From Octopus sinensis (Eukaryota), in contig NC_043009.1 in the NCBI RefSeq assembly GCF_006345805.1, forward strand, positions 31,062,001 through 31,126,000: a DNA stretch of 64,000 nt, written 5' to 3'. Within the stretch, counting starts at the first letter, position 1. The number at the start of each line of letters is the position of its first letter. The notes below the pieces were generated by a model. It worked only from the letters and a program-made list of their open reading frames with translations, was not told the DNA's origin and searched no databases. Both the position numbers and the translations under genes were made by a program. This document shows, in pieces, positions 51,085-63,920 of the stretch.

Positions 51085-51490
51085 CAAGATAGCAAGATGG
51101 TTAGCATAGTGGACATTTTTCGGGGGGGGGGGGTTATTTCTTCTGGCATTTTACATTCTGAGTTCAGATTCCACTAAGGTTAATTTGGTTTTTCAATAGG
51201 TGTCAGTTAACTGACTCTCTCCTGAAATTCCAGGCCTTGTGCATATTATAAAATGAATTATGCTAGAGGTGTATCACAATATTAAGATAGCAAGCTGGAA
51301 GAATTGTTGGCATGTAAGAAACAAAATTCTTAGTAAAATTTCTGCCTGTTCTTTCAATTCTGACTTCAAATTCCACTGAAGTCAACTTTATCGTTCATCC
51401 TTATGATAATACCAGACGAATTTTGGGGTCAATATAATTGATTTGCCCTTTCCCCTAAAATTATTGGCCTGGTACCAAAATTTGAAACCA
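51085..51490 (+). mobile_element. Two tandem degenerate family C SINEs
   Basis: aagatagcaag(a/c)tgg heads at ~51087 and ~51284, each with gttcagattcc/cttcaaattcc B-box relics; both are preceded by a similar ~26-bp flank. Confidence 0.7.
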
Positions 51491-53209
51491 TTATGATACG
51501 GGAATGTTATTGAAAGTTTTATATTCTTACTGTGAATTTAGAATTGTTGTTTAACCCCAAGTCAGCTATAACAGACCAGGCCTCTGATCAAATGTCACCT
51601 AGCCATGGGCATCCTATATCAATTTAAGACAGCAGACTGGGACTGAAAAGGAAATTTATTTGCTGTTTCAAGCAAGTCAAACAATCATGTAAAAACTCCC
51701 TCGTTAGTTGAGGTGAAACTAATGTATATTTAGTGAAGCGATTCTTTAATTGTATGGTACTACATATTGATGCAGAGCTAGGGGTACCTGGCTGTGCTGA
51801 AAAGTTTTTAAAATGTTATTTTAAGTTTTAGAAAATTCATAGTAAATCTTAAGAATTTTCAAAAACATTCTTCTAATAATTTTGCTAATCATAAATGTGA
51901 TGAATTAAACACATTAAGCAATACTTTCATTTTTTAATTCTAAATTTGAAAAATTTAATACAGCGTTTGTCTTTTTATCTTTTAAAATGTGCCAGTAATT
52001 TCTTATTTTTCTTACTTCATGTTCATTACAAACTCCTGTGTAAAATCTAAGGGAAATAAACACCAAGGGAGTGTTTACCCCAACTGAATTTCACACACTG
52101 GAACTTCTTGAATTGAATGCTACAAATTTATGAAACATTAATCAATTTTATGATGCTCCTGCTGTGTGCACCAGTTCTATTTTCCAATAACTACCATAAA
52201 GTGCTGCTAGCAGGGCTGCATTATAATATTGATAAATATGTTATTTTACAACTGCAGTGTTTGAATCCTACTTCAGTGTGGCTGAGATAGGGTCAAATTT
52301 CACCAGATATTCTTTACGTGTGGCTTGTTTCCTCCACAACCAAATATGATGGAACTGCAGCTAAACTTGAAATCAATTGAATTAAAGTTAACAATGAATG
52401 AATGGAGGTGATTGCCATTGATGTAGAGTAAGATAAACAAAAGTTTGTGCCGGGGTTGGAAAGGTCAAGAGATTGAGCAGAAGACTTCCCACAGCAAGAA
52501 AGAGAGATTTATTTCAATCAATGATGAGAGATATAACTTTTGATCAATTCGATGGAGTGACTTTGACAGAGAGGCAGAAGCAAAGGCAAATTTAAACAAA
52601 GCAGATGTCAAACTCTCACAGTTGTTCTGGAATGTTCAGATTGCCAAGATGATTTTATTCTTGATAATTTGTTGTTAGAATTTCAATGAAGTTAAAGGTT
52701 AAACATATTTATTTCAGTAAATACATCAAAGAAAATGTATTGCTATGGTGATGCTGAAGTAATTGCTAATTAATTTAAAGACCTACATCAACAACAAAGG
52801 ACTAACAGATTAGAAGAAAGAATGTAACTACAATGACAATATACATATGTACACATATACACATATACATATACACACATATACATATATACATATATTT
52901 CGAACCCACAAGAGTAAACAAGAGAGACAAAGACAGACAGAAACAAGGAAAATGCCCCTTGTATTTGAATACTATGCACATATTCTTTTACAAAACTTTT
53001 CATTTAATGTTTCCAAAATTTAATTTTTTTCCACACTTAGGGTTGAAAAAGTCTCACTGACCGAAACAACTACAGAAATGTTTTTTATAAAATTATTATA
53101 GTATTTTCTACCTTGACTTTTTTTTTCCATATATATATATATATGTATATTTATATATACATTCGTGGATTCATATTTATGTGATATATATAAATATATA
53201 CACATACAC

Positions 53210-54082
53210 AAGGGCCTCAGAGTCAATCTAGCTAAAACCAAAGTCGTAATCAGTAGGAAGGTAGACAAATCACAAACACCTTCAGGTAGATGGCCCTGCT
53301 CGATCTGTAGAAAAGGTGTAGGTAGAAACTCTATAAGATGCACCAAGTGTAAGCTATGGACACATAAGAGATGCAGCAATGTCAAAGGAAGGCTAACTAG
53401 GAAGATGGTTTTTGTATGTGGCAGATTCTCAGGAACAATAAACACTGAAAATGCTCTGAGACCAACTTCCGTCACTTTCCAGGGAGAAAAACTAGAAATA
53501 GTTGATAGTTTCCGTTACCTAGGTGACCAAGTCAGCAGCGGGGGCGGGTGTGCTGAAAGTGTAACTGCTAGAGTAAGAATAGCTTGGGCAAAGTTCAGAG
53601 AGCTCTTACCTCTGCTGGTGACAAAAGGCCTCTCGCACAGAGTGAAAGGCAGACTGTATGATGCGTGTGTACGAACAGCCATGCTACATGGCAGTGAAAC
53701 ATGGGCTGTGACTGCTGAGGATATGCGTAAGCTCGCTAGAAATGAAGCCAGTATGCTCCGATGGATGTGTAATGCCGGTACTCACACTCGGCAGAGTGTA
53801 AGTACCTTGAGAGAAAAGCTGGACCTAAGAAGCATCAGTTGTGGTGTGCAAGAGAGACGTTTGCGCTGGTATGGTCATGTGGCGAGAATGGATGAAGATA
53901 GTTGTGTGAAAAAGTGCCACACCCTAGCGGTTGAGGGAACCTGTGGAAGAGGCAGACCCAGGAAAACCTGGGACGAGGTGGTGAAGCACGACCTTCGAAC
54001 TTTAGGTCTCACTGAGGAAATGACTAGAGACCGAGACCTCTGGAAGTGTGCTGTGCGCGGGAAGACCTGGCAGGACAAGTGA
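53210..54082 (+). CDS. Uninterrupted C-terminal part of the RTE polyprotein (late RT, PHD-like finger, C-terminal domain); 5'-truncated, so no native start
   Basis: KGLRVNLAKTKV...CSIC...CTKC...HKRC...CGRF...FRYLGD...RRLRWYGHV...RGRPRKTW...QDK*. The ATG at 53165 is supplied by flanking microsatellite DNA. Confidence 0.85.
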   Translation, partial: KGLRVNLAKTKVVISRKVDKSQTPSGRWPCSICRKGVGRNSIRCTKCKLWTHKRCSNVKGRLTRKMVFVCGRFSGTINTENALRPTSVTFQGEKLEIVDSFRYLGDQVSSGGGCAESVTARVRIAWAKFRELLPLLVTKGLSHRVKGRLYDACVRTAMLHGSETWAVTAEDMRKLARNEASMLRWMCNAGTHTRQSVSTLREKLDLRSISCGVQERRLRWYGHVARMDEDSCVKKCHTLAVEGTCGRGRPRKTWDEVVKHDLRTLGLTEEMTRDRDLWKCAVRGKTWQDK

Positions 54083-54692
54083 GTCCACAACCCGTGGCCT
54101 TCTACATGGGATGGAGCCAGCCTACGTATGCATACCTTCCCTTCTTGGGACACAAAACTCTACTTGTGAAGACGTGTTGAGGCAAGTGAGGATCAGAATC
54201 GAAATCGATCAATGGAAATTGCGTATGTATTACCAGTGCCGGTGGCATGTCGAAACTCTACTTGTGAAGACCCGTTGAGGCAAGTGAGGATCAGAATCGA
54301 AATCGATCAATGGAAATCGATCAATGGAAATTGCAGATGTGTTACCAGTGCCGGTGGCATGTAAGAGAACTTTCCGTTTCGTGACCATTGCCAGCACCGC
54401 CCCGTTTCGTGTCCATTGCCAGCCTCGCCTGGCCCTCGTGCCGGTGGCACATAAAAAGCACCATCCGTTCGTGGCCATTTGTCAGCTCTGTCTGGCACCA
54501 GTGCGGGTGGCACGTAAAAAGCACCCATTACACTCACGGAGTGGTTGGCGTTAGGAAGGGCATCCAGCCGTAGAAACACTGCCAGAATTGACTGGGCCTG
54601 ATGAAGCCTTCTGGCTTCACAGACCCCAGTAGAACCGTCCAACCCATGCTAGCATGGAAAACGGACGCTAAACGATGATGATGATGATGATG
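53210..54692 (+). mobile_element. Young 5'-truncated RTE-clade LINE, copy 2
   Basis: Begins at aagggcctcagagtc just downstream of the YADD region, inserted in a TA/CA tract; ends ...ggacgctaaac(GAT)n. Inverted match to 1076-2572. Confidence 0.95.
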
Positions 54693-55127
54693 ACACATAT
54701 ACACACAAACATACATATGTGTATTTGTCAATACATTTAAGGCCATTTGTTGATAGTGCTTAAAGCAGAAACAGAAATAAGGAAAACACAAAAGATTTAT
54801 TTGATAAGAGTCACTGATACATGGAAACCCACATGGCTGAGCAGATATAATGTAGCAAGGAGACCCAGGATTTGATCTCACTGTGCAGTGCTTCACTTTG
54901 TCTTTTGTGATAATCTTGTGTTGAGAGAAATTTACAGACTGTGCCCAAATGGTTTTTGTCTGGGGATTACATTAAGAGTGCATGTGTCTCTGGAGTATTC
55001 GACCACTTACATACAAATTCACTGAGACAGTAGGACTGTTGATCATACAACTTGGATTTACATGAATATACTGAAGCTCCAGTTTACAAGTTACACACAC
55101 ACATATATATATACATATCATCATCAT

Positions 55128-56025
55128 CATCATCATCATCAAACGTCCGTTTTCCATGCTAGCATGGGTTGGACGGTTCAACCAGGGTCTGGTGAGCCAT
55201 GGAGGCTCTAGTCTGGTTTGACAGTGTTTCTACAGCTGGATGCCCTTCCTAACGCCAACCACTCCGTGAGAGTAGTGGGTGTCTTTTATATGCCACTGGC
55301 ATAGGGGCCAGAGCAGGCTGGCAAACAGCCACGACTGGTTGGTGCTTTTTACGTGTCACTGACATGGATGCCAGTCAGGCAGCGCTGGCATCTTCCATGT
55401 TCGGACGGTGCTTGTTACATGTCACCGGCACTGGTATCTTAACTACAATTTCCATTTGATTTTTATTTTGATGATGACGTACTTGACTCAATAGGTCTCC
55501 TCAAGAACAGTGGGTCACTCTATAATCCAAGGTTAGCACTGCAGGCCATCCTGTGAGCCATGAACTCACTTCATTTGTCAGGTCTTTACAGTCACAGCAT
55601 ATCGCATGGGTCTTGGTCTTCGTCATTTCCTCTGTGAGCCCCTATGTGTCACTGGCATGGGCATCACAACTACAATATCCATACGATTTTTATTTTGATG
55701 TTGATGAACTTGACACAATAGGTCTCCTCAAGCGCAGTAGGCCATCCTGCAAGCCATGAACTCACTTCATTTGTCGGGTCTTTGAAGTCACAGCATATCT
55801 CCAGAGGTCTCAGTCTTTCGTCATAGCCTCTGTGAGGCTCAATGTATGAAGGTCATGCTTGACCACCTTGTCCCATATTTTCCTGGGACTACCTCTACCC
55901 AGGATTCCTTCAACAGTTTGGGAGTGGAACTTCTTCACACATCTCTCCTCATCCATCCGTAGTTCATGACCATACCAACGCAATCGTCTCTCCTGCATGC
56001 TGCATCCGATGCTTCTTATGCCCAA
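55128..56025 (-). mobile_element. Older RTE 3' fragment with an internal ~200-bp duplication
   Basis: ORF remnant GIRSIGCSMQERRLRWYGHELRMDEE...GRGSPRKIWDKVVKHDL; the ORF-end/UTR segment occurs twice (~55430-55650 and ~55650-55830); (CAT)n tail at ~55116-55140. Confidence 0.9.
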
Positions 56026-56762
56026 CATATGCATATATGTACATGTGCGTATATATATGCATATATATGCATATATATACAAGTATATGTACATATGTGT
56101 GTGTGTGTATATATCGATTCAATATGTAAATATTGAATCAACAAAAAATTACTTGATGCAGTGAGAGATAAATGTTAATGTAATACACAACCAAAGGAGT
56201 TACTAATAACTTCATGCCTTTACGATACTTTAAATTTGCATGTGCATAAAATACACCACGTTTCCTCAAGCAATCTTTATGCATTGGATGTATTTAAAAT
56301 CAAGGACGCTGTACAGTGGGAAAATAAGGGTGAGAGGGCAAGGGAGATGGATAGATTTATAAACAGACACATATTTCTGTATAATGTGTGACGTTTCATC
56401 TCTGCAACATTTCGCCTGACTGTATGTATTACAGCAGAACCTTAGTCACGTCATCATAATCATCTACTTGTCTCCATTTACCTGGGTTTCATGAAAAAAA
56501 TTAGATGGAAAGCCATAAGATTCTTGATTTATCTGAGTTGGACTGGAATTGTGAAATAATAAATATTGTGAAGAAAAACAATTTGCAAAAGTTCTAATGG
56601 GAAGAGATACAACATGGAAGACTTACTGGAGACAACATGAAGTGTATAAATGCCTACATGAATGTAAATTTTGCAACTATGCATGTATGTACATATGTGC
56701 ACATATATATGTGTGTGTGTGTGTGTCTTTATATGTGTATGTATATATATTTACACACACAC

Positions 56763-56793
<31 letters not shown>

Positions 56794-56881
56794 TATTTAT
56801 ATATATTTATTGGGATGCATATATACATACATATATATGTATAATTATATATACATATATATAAATATGCATGTATGTATG

Positions 56882-56920
<39 letters not shown>

Positions 56921-57000
56921 TGCGCAAATTTATACCCCTCCACTCACACATATCTATTTTATGTACATAATTATTCGTACATATATACACATATTTATTC

Positions 57001-57070
<70 letters not shown>

Positions 57071-57638
57071 TCACACACATGTACATATACCAATGTATAT
57101 AATGTGTTAGAAATAAATCCCTGTTAAGTAATTGAAGCCAATATTGAGATCATTATTTTAATAGTTTCCAAGATTGGATCAGTTCCTTGTGATTTCAGCA
57201 TACAAAAGCATAGATTGAAACAAGGGAATAAAATGGTACCAAAAAAACAAACAAAAGGTGCCATAGAGAAATATAAATAAAAAAATTTAATTCTAATGTT
57301 CAGTTATGAAGCTGTTGATTTGATAATTAATAAATGTTTTAATTTGTTTTATACTTTTTTAAAAGATTATTTCTTTATTTATCCATTTATTTATTTTCAT
57401 ATTAAATTTTATTTCTAACTTCGCTAATTGGGTTTAAGAAATATTAAATGACAAAAATATATAAATAGAAAATATTAAATAAAAGGTAATTAAATGACAT
57501 AACGAACAATAAAAAAAAGGAATATAATAAAATATAATGAACAATAGAAAAATAAATAAGTTGATAATGTTAGAAAAAAATATGGAATTTCTACCAAAGA
57601 CAGGGAAAAATTCCCAAGAAATTGCATTGATGAAAATC

Positions 57639-57927
<289 letters not shown>

Positions 57928-58624
57928 CGTTACTATGTAGACTATGTTGAGAGAAAATGCTGTGGAAATTACAGTTTTATTTTATTTGTTGTGTTCTATA
58001 TTTCTTTTTTAGGGGTTTTAGAATTAATCAATGAGTTTAAGAGAAAGATAAATTGTAATTTAGTACCATGCTTGTGAATAATGAGAAATTTGAGAATGGA
58101 ATGTAAACATTAAAAATAATTGGTTTCTAGAGAGAAGGAATCAACATGCTTGCAGGGAAAGGTTGTCATTTGTCAGAAGTCATGTTCTTGTAGAAGGAGT
58201 CTTGTGTGTGTATCATGGCTAAAATTGTAAGAAATATCAGCTAACATCACCTGTAAGGGAGAGGTGAGATACAGGTGGGGTATTCCTGCTGTCTTCTTCT
58301 TACATCCTTGTCTGCTATTCCTTCTTCTTTCTCGTTTATCTTTGAGAAAACTTATAGAAAATATAAAAGAATGAAAGAATTCAAATGAAATATGTGATCG
58401 GAAAGAAATATGGTTTTAAAGAAATGAGTGGCTTAAGATTGTAAAGAAACGGAGATTTTATCAGGAAAAATAGGAGATGCAGCAATTTCCATGGAATCAG
58501 AAATGGTCAACTTTCCAGGACAAGATGGCTGCCTTGTCTCAGTTGAAAACTGGATGAGAAAGTAGATGTGGGTGAGATTGTTCTGCTGGTGTTGCCACTG
58601 CTGCTGCTGGTTCCCCTCCTCCAT

Positions 58625-58666
<42 letters not shown>

Positions 58667-58821
58667 CAATAATAATAATAAGCAATAACAGCAACAACAA
58701 AAGCAGCAGTAGTAGTAGTAATGGTGGTAGTGGTGGTAGTAGTAGCAGTAGTTACAGATGCAATAGAACACATTCAATTTGTGCTGAGAAGTGGTTGGAA
58801 ATCGGAATTGTGTCTCGCATT

Positions 58822-59048
58822 GAACCGTTTTAGCATTCAAATTATTTTGTCAAATGTAAACCTTATTTATTGCCATTCTCTTCAGTTAATCTTGCTTTAT
58901 TTCTTAGCTTCAGTATTTTCATGATGTGATTCTTTATTCTAGTATGACATTGTAGGGTAGGTGTGAAAGGCCAGATCTAGTCTGTTTGAACATAAAGCAG
59001 GTAGGATATTTAGGCTAGACTTGGCTAGTTTAAACGCTAAAGAGCTAA
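58822..59048. mobile_element. piggyBac-like MITE, degenerate
   Basis: Ends tgaaccgttttagcatt ... aacgctaaagagctaa, consistent with decayed TTAA-CCCTTTAGC...GCTAAAGGG-TTAA termini; interior homologous to 42630-42830. Confidence 0.65.
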
Positions 59049-60734
59049 ATTCAAACAAAAACATAAAAATAGTGGCTTTATGTGTGTATGTGTGGTGGGG
59101 GTGCCAGTCATCAAAGACCAATGGTAAGAGATCAGCTACTGCAAGACCTACTAGTGCCTTTAAATCTATAGATACTTTCGGTAATATGGTATATAACATT
59201 CAAATGAAACATAGTAAAGATATTGGTAATTTCCTTGCATATTTATGCTAGTATCCTTATCTTTGTTGGTATGACCATAGTGTTTCAGCTAGTGAACACT
59301 ACAGCATTCATCAGATGCTTCAGGCATTCAATAACATTCTTAAAGCTTCAAAGCAAATTCTTTAATCAATTTTTGGAGATATGTTGTTTTCATTTCATTG
59401 TACATGTCACAGATATTCTTGTAGTTGTTATTCTTAATGTGGTTTGATCATTTACTTCAACCTGAGTGTATAAATACATATGTATATATATATATATATA
59501 TACATATACATTCATACATATATACATATACATGTGTGCATGTATGTGTCTGTCTATATGTATATATATATACATACATTCCAGACTATAATTTTTGTAT
59601 GTATGTATATACACACACACACACATTCCATTCTAGCATTTTTTCATGTAAAGTATCTTTGCTTTTAAATGATGCTTAAAATTATTTAGATTTTTCTTAT
59701 TTATACAGTTTATGTATATATCTATTTGTATAGCTTGTATATCATGTGGGCTTTGTATTGTGGCCAACATTTACGACCACTTGTGAACTTTTTGCTCTTT
59801 ATAAAATTTTTGTACGTTTTTCCTTATATCTTATTTTCACAAATTCATTTAAATTTGATATCCTTAATTTTTTCAAATTCCATCATATGATCCCGGAATT
59901 TTTAGGTCTCTGGTCTCCACTGTCCTCCTTTATAGTTTTGAGTCTTGGCCATTCTCCAGGGCCCTTTGGACCTGCCTGAAACCCTTTGATACCAAAACAT
60001 TTTTCAGGATTTTAGGTTAATATTGATTAGATTTCATATCCAGCCAATGATTCTGCTCAGGAATAAGGATTCGTCCTCTTACTTGTACGATACAGGAGTG
60101 TCTGCTCAAATTGTTTGGTCGTGTGCTTGATTTTCCACTCTCTTCACTGAGAGTCCAGCTGGATTGACAGCTCATGCTGCTCGTGTTGGTCAACCACATA
60201 CCATATGGTCATGGCAGATGAGGAGGTGCTTCAAAGAAATGGGGACGAACTGAGACTCTGTTCTCAAAGGTTACCCTGGAGGATCAGTGGTGAATGCAGT
60301 AACACACTGTAATGGTGCAAGCCCCACACCTGATCTGACCTTACCATTCCAAAATAGTCTCCTAAGATTAAATAAGGTGAAATAATAATAAATACATGAT
60401 GGCTATGTAAAGCAAAGAGAGAATAGTCATGCGTGAGATGGTTTTGACCAAAGACTTTCTCGATGAATGCCAATCTGGAGCTAAGTCTTGATTTTCAATT
60501 CAAATCTTGTATGAATCAGCATTGTTTATCATTTGTATGGCAGTGACAAAAACGCAAACAGCAGTAATATGCCGAGGAAACAAATTCAGTTAACCACATC
60601 TATATCCAACCCATCAGTGCCACTGTGACAAAAGTCTTTCCAGTCAAAAAGTAGTCAGTATTTCTTTTAAATGTTCAAGACAGGCAGTTACCAGAGTTTT
60701 GTACTATTGGCTTATAGCATGGCTTCAAGTTTCA

Positions 60735-60945
60735 GCAATAATTATTAATGGTTTTCAAATTTTTTGGCACAAGGCCAGCAATTTGGAGGGAGGTTAGTCA
60801 ATTATATCGACCCCAGTATCCAACTGGTACTTATTTTATCAACTCCAAAACGATGAGAGGCAAAATCAACCTTGGCAGAATTCGAACTCAGAATGTAAAG
60901 ATATACAGAATGCCCCCTAAGCATTTTTACCCCGTGTGCTACTGA
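60735..60945 (-). mobile_element. SINE family C
   Basis: Reverse complement has ...gagttcgaattctgccaaggttgattttgcctctcatcg...gataaaataagtaccagttggatactggggtcgat. Confidence 0.85.
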
Positions 60946-60949
60946 TAAT

Positions 60950-61229
60950 AACGATGATGATGGTGGTGGTGATGAGGACAACAGTGATGGTGATGATATT
61001 GAGGACAATGATGATGGTGGTGGTGATGACAACAATGATGATTATAATATAATAATAATAACAACAATAACATGAAGAGTGGTGGTGGTGGTGGTGGTGG
61101 TGGTGGCAGTGGCGGTAGGGAATGATGATGTGGAGGAGGTGCTGGATCAGGATGAGGATGGCAACAATAACAACAACAACAACAGCAACCACAACAATAA
61201 TGACAATGATGATGATGATAATGATAACA

Positions 61230-61285
<56 letters not shown>
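60950..61285. repeat. Compound (GAT/GGT/AAC/AAT)n tract
   Basis: Direct reading. Confidence 0.9.
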
Positions 61286-61695
61286 CAAGTACTGATAAAT
61301 GTTTGTATTTCCATTTCCATGTAGTCTTCGAGTAAATCTGGTCATACACAGTAAATAAAGTTTTGGAAACACGCAATGAAGCCTGAAGCACCAAACTGAC
61401 CGATAAAAATTAGTGTCTGTAGTAAGAGTCATTATCAGACGTTTAAGCCACGACCGTAAAAGGTTTTGTTTTTTTATTTTATGTCTGTGTAGTTTTTTTT
61501 TCTTTATACTACTTTTTTTATTTTTATATTTCTAACCATTATTGTATCTTGAAGACACAGGCATAATTCTTGTCTCTTGGGAATCACAAACCCAAACTAT
61601 AATTTATGATCTATCAGTAATTTTTACATAATAAAACACCACCTACACACACAGATATATGTAAATGAATGTATATTTGCATACACACATATATA

Positions 61696-61751
<56 letters not shown>

Positions 61752-61752
61752 G

Positions 61753-61786
<34 letters not shown>

Positions 61787-61829
61787 AACATATATATATA
61801 TTTGTAGGTGATGCTTATATATGTATACA

Positions 61830-61860
<31 letters not shown>

Positions 61861-61990
61861 TTACATACACACTAAATACACATATATATACATATATACG
61901 CGTATAATGATGATGGTTTAATTTGTAGACAGATATAAGTATAAATACACATTCTCTGTGTGTGTGTGTTCCTTATATTTTTGTGTATAC

Positions 61991-62044
<54 letters not shown>

Positions 62045-62654
62045 GCATATACACAAATATATATGTATGCGTGTGTGTGTGTGTATATATATATATACAT
62101 ATATATATATATGTGTATATATAATACTTGTAGAGATGCACACACACACACACACTCCTCTTTATATGTATATTTGTGTATTTGTATATATGCATGTGTG
62201 TATGTTTATATGTAGTTACAAACATATACATACATATATACATATATACATATATATATACATACAACACATTCAATCACACACAATCATACGTATAGAT
62301 TGTGTGTAAATACGTGTGTGTTTGTGTGTTTGTGTATGAGTACGTGTCTTATATTTGGACGGTGTGTCTAATAAATTGTTCTTGTAACAGATTTTATAAT
62401 GGTTCATGCAACAGTTGGCAGGGAATCGTTTCAGCTATTTTTATACATTATCGTATGAAAATACACAATGAAAATACCTCGGTGGTTTCTGCGAATACAT
62501 AAATTTTATTCAGGTCTTTGACAGAAGAAATTATTTTCATGGCAGAGCACTCCAACATATTAGTTCCACATTGGCACAATGTTTTGCTCTGTCTTGTCAT
62601 GTGTGTTTAATTAGGGGAACCAGTGTTTATTTTATGTTTAAGAAATATCTAGCC

Positions 62655-63170
62655 ATGGTGACGGTGGTGAAGATGAAAATAATGATGGTGATGGTGGTGG
62701 TGGTGGTGGTGGTGGTGGTGGTGGTGGTGGTGGTACTGCTGGGGGAGATGATGATGAAAACGAGGAATTGTGAATGAGGCAGAAGGGGATAGCAATGACG
62801 TTGCAGGTGATAATGAGAATGACGAGGTGGAGGGAGACGATGAAGCTGATGAGGAGGAGATTAAAAGTTCATGATGATGTTCTTTATAATTAGGATGATG
62901 ATGACATAAATGACAACGATGTTGATGATGATGATGATGACGAGGATGCTGCTGATGATGTTGATGACAATGCTGCTGATGGTGATGATGACAGCAACTA
63001 CAATGATGACCACAACGATGATAGTGGTGGTGGTCCTGATGATTAAAATAATGTGAAAGAGCTGTTAACAATTGTGTTGGTATTAATGATGGTGATAACA
63101 ATGAAGATGACAGCATCACCCATAATGATGATGGAATGAATGGAATTGGTGAGGAACCAGGATGATGAGG
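62655..63170. repeat. Degenerate (GGT/GAT)n low-complexity tract
   Basis: Direct reading; gives the 204-aa His/Ser-rich ORF artefact. Confidence 0.9.
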
Positions 63171-63704
63171 GAGAAACATGCAGGTGTGATTGTATGAGAG
63201 GGCAATGAAGAAGAAAGAGAGCAACAACATAACTTGAGGAGCTGAAGGTTTTACAGCACCCAATCAATACTGAGCCATATTGATAGAAAATCTATAAACA
63301 GGATGTATGCCACTGGGTTGGGGGAGGGATTCTTAGATATGTCTCATATCAATTTGATCCATGGTTGATGCCATATTACTTTTTTAATAATGACAATCCA
63401 TTTAAGAAATGCATAAAAACATCAAGTTGCTCTTTTCTCCCACCTTGGGCTTGTGTACCAAAATGATATCTTAAATCATCAGATAATTGACTTTACCATT
63501 CTCTATTCCAGTTCAGTTCTAATAGCAACCAATGAACTTTATCAACTTCTGTGGAATGTAAAGAGAATTTCTTTGGTAAAAAATAAAATGACAAACAATG
63601 ATGGGGGAAAATGGTTAAGATCATTTGTTATATATATATCTAAATGTCTGAGATCAACATCATCATCATCCTCATCAACGTCATCATTATTATTATTGCT
63701 GGTA

Positions 63705-63920
63705 AGAAGGCAGCGAGTTGGCAGAGCTGTTGGCATGCCAGGCAAAATGCTTAGTGGCAGTTTGTTTGTCTTTACATTCTGATTTCAAATTTCAAAGGTC
63801 CCCTTTGCCTTTCATCCTTTTAGAGTCAATAAAATAAGTACCTGTTGAGCACTGGGGTCAATGCAATTGATTTACCCTTCTACTCGTAATTACTGGCTTT
63901 GTGTCATAATTTAAAATCAT
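63705..63920 (+). mobile_element. SINE family C
   Basis: aaggcagcgagttggcagagctgttggcatgccaggcaaaatgcttag...gatttcaaatttc...aataaaataagtacctgttgagcactggggtcaat. Confidence 0.85.
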
